DNA of 41,507 bases from Octopus bimaculoides (Eukaryota): NCBI RefSeq assembly GCF_001194135.2, contig NC_068988.1, positions 16,269,928-16,311,434 on the forward strand. Direction: 5' to 3'. A program made the position numbers and the translations under genes. The notes beneath the pieces are model-generated. The model did no database searches. It saw only the letters and a list, made by a program, of their open reading frames with translations, and was not told where the DNA came from. Each line of letters starts with the position of its first letter. The stretch's first letter is position 1. This document shows positions 39,429 through 41,507 of the stretch, piece after piece.

Positions 39429-39480
39429 CCTCTCTGTCATCGGATGTATGTATGTATCTATCTATCTATTTACCTAAATA
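39323..39480. repeat. Imperfect palindrome centred on (TA)n
   Basis: TATTTAGGTAAA..GATAGATAGATACATACATACGATGGCAGAGAGGGCGA-(TA)n-TCACCCTCTCTGTCATCGGATGTATGTATGTATCTATCTATCTATTTACCTAAATA. Confidence 0.9.
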
Positions 39481-39484
39481 CAGT

Positions 39485-39578
39485 GAGAGAGAGAGAGAGA
39501 CAGAGAGACAGCGAGAGAGACAGAGAGACAGAGAGACAGAGAGACAGAGAGAGAGAGAGAGGGAGAGAGAGAGAGAGA
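39485..39578. repeat. (GA)n/(GAGAGACA)n purine tract
   Basis: Direct inspection. Confidence 0.9.
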
Positions 39579-41507
39579 AAGAGGAAAGTAGAAATATTGA
39601 ACGATCGTTAGATGTGTACATAGATATACGACAGAAAGAAGACAAACATTGGAAAATAGATAATTAAATCGAAGGAAAGATAATGCGAAAGATGCATGAG
39701 GAAATAGTGTTTAAATATTACCTCTTTATTAAATGAACATCCAGTAGTATACAGTTACACGAAAAGCACTATAGACATCACCATCTTGCACCACTATACC
39801 AGCGTCAACTGAGACTACAGATATCTCTACAACAACCACTAACATTCAGCAACGCGATTTGAAAATCGGTCAGAGTCGTTAACTTTTTCCTATCTTCCGA
39901 CCGGTAGTTGTTTCTTTAAAGTTGCAAAGTTTTCTCCTATTTTCACATTATTCTCAAATCCTTCCATATTACAGTTAGTACAACCTGCCACGATCAATAA
40001 AGAAGAATCAAGCATAATATATTTGTTCTGTGCATGATATTTCTTTGCACTGTTGGTCACATCTTGAAAACATTCAAGAGCACTTCTTCATTAATAAACG
40101 GATAAGCCATTGTTATACTTGTTTGTGTGTATCGTTGAAATTTTGCAAGTGCTCTTTGTGCATCAATGTTGAAAATAAGTTTGGTTCTTTTTCTTCTCCG
40201 TTATTTCATTCTCAATGATTTATTGCAATTTTTTTCTCTCTCTGTTTGCTTTTGATTATATTACATTTTGTTTCTTGTTTTCTCCTGACGTACTTATAAT
40301 TTGTTTTTTAAGTTTTTAAATTTCTGCCATGATAACAACGCTTAGATTTTAGATACGAATCTGGAACAATACGTAATTTACCCCCCCACCACCCTGATGA
40401 ATCAATATTTAAGATAAATGATATCAAGCCCTTACTCTTCCAACCAGAAGTATAGTTTCTAAACATTTTCATCGCTAATTACTCTTGCTGAAGTATAACA
40501 CTGATCAGAAACAACATTACATAAAATATTACACTTGATATTTGGAGTGGGTAATTATTCCTCGAGGACGCTCATGTATTGTGATATAGTGTTAATTAGA
40601 AGTTAGAGGAAGACGATTATTACAACCCTGTGATGGCGGAAGAGATCTTAGTTGGTCAGCCATGATACAAGTGCAATGGTAAGCTGTATATTTTTTGTAA
40701 TTCTTTTAACAAAATACCAGTTAAATGTGAGTGGTGGAATGAATTAGATTTTTGCTTTCAACAAATAATGGATACACATGAATTAATGAAATTCCACCTC
40801 TGAACCTATGCATAGAGATGAGTATTGCCCAGAATAAATAAAGGAAAAAAAAACACGTTATTTCAGTCAGTTCATTGAACTTTTTAACGAAAAATTTTTG
40901 CAAAATTAGTCAGTATTCCAGGTTTACACTTCATCGCAATCAATCAATAATTTTGCAATTAATGGTTTCCTTCACGGCTAGGCAGTTGTTTCTCAGGATA
41001 TTATTTCATTTGCAGGTAGCAGTGTTTGCAAAGACGGAAAGCTGTTATACGCGTAATATTTTCAAATCTTTGATTTCAGTGAATATATATGCTATGTAAG
41101 AGAACCAAATACTAGGTTTTGGAAGTATTGCTTAGAATTACAAATAAAGGACAAATGTTTCGATATTATTAGTGCTCATCAGCTAAACACACTCTTCACG
41201 ATACTTGATCTAGTATGGAAGAAAATATATAAATAAATAGATGACAAATATTAGAGGATATGGCCATATTGGAACATATTTTTGAGCACTATGTTAATGG
41301 AGACAATGTATATGAAAGGTATATTGTTTGCATACAGATGACGTTGGACACAGGAGGCTGGGGACAAATAAAGTGTTTTGTCATCCATGTCGGTGTGGTC
41401 GTTGTGAGACCAGTTGTATATCGTTGATATATAAGACGAAAAAGTGTTGATGGTCAAAACAGAGTTCTGTGTCATGATAAGTATTTTGTATATATATATA
41501 TATATAT

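Noticed and set aside
39776-39890. Thr/Ser-rich frame (TSPSCTTIPASTETTDISTTTT..) bounded by AG and GT
   Set aside because: Purine-rich acceptor context and no homology evidence.
40100-40200. Minus-strand LIFNIDAQRALAKFQ resembling the L1 RT motif IDAEKAFDKIQ
   Set aside because: Flanking residues do not continue the similarity; likely chance.
40600-40678. Possible plus-strand exon ending at a consensus G|GTAAG donor
   Set aside because: Weak acceptor and unrecognisable peptide.
41255-41285. GYGHI peptide after an AG, resembling a K+ channel pore exon
   Set aside because: In-frame stop four codons later and no polypyrimidine tract.

Overview
AT-rich eukaryotic genomic DNA from a gapped short-read assembly (10 N-runs, most flanked by microsatellites). 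The repeat repertoire and microsatellite density point to a cephalopod, most likely Octopus; this is inference from recognised repeat families, not a database result. No intact protein-coding gene, rRNA, tRNA gene or CRISPR array can be supported, and most ORFs in the supplied track are translations of microsatellites or gaps. The window looks intronic or intergenic. It contains about 20 copies or fragments of at least three tRNA-derived SINE families (labelled A, B and C here), rearranged remnants of an R4/Dong-clade RLE non-LTR retrotransposon, an internally deleted mariner with ~200-bp TIRs, a Tc1 transposase fragment, Penelope-like (PLE) remnants and a ~3-kb trinucleotide-repeat island. 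The most interesting signals are: (i) a 657-bp terminally redundant non-coding element in a (TA)n tract carrying a canonical hammerhead-ribozyme core on the minus strand (retrozyme/PLE-like); (ii) a PLE remnant joining a tRNA-like Pol III head, a minimal hammerhead, a GIY-YIG C-terminus and a YY1 motif; (iii) a high density of inverted repeats and palindromes that would form dsRNA if transcribed. All alignments and folds were done by eye.
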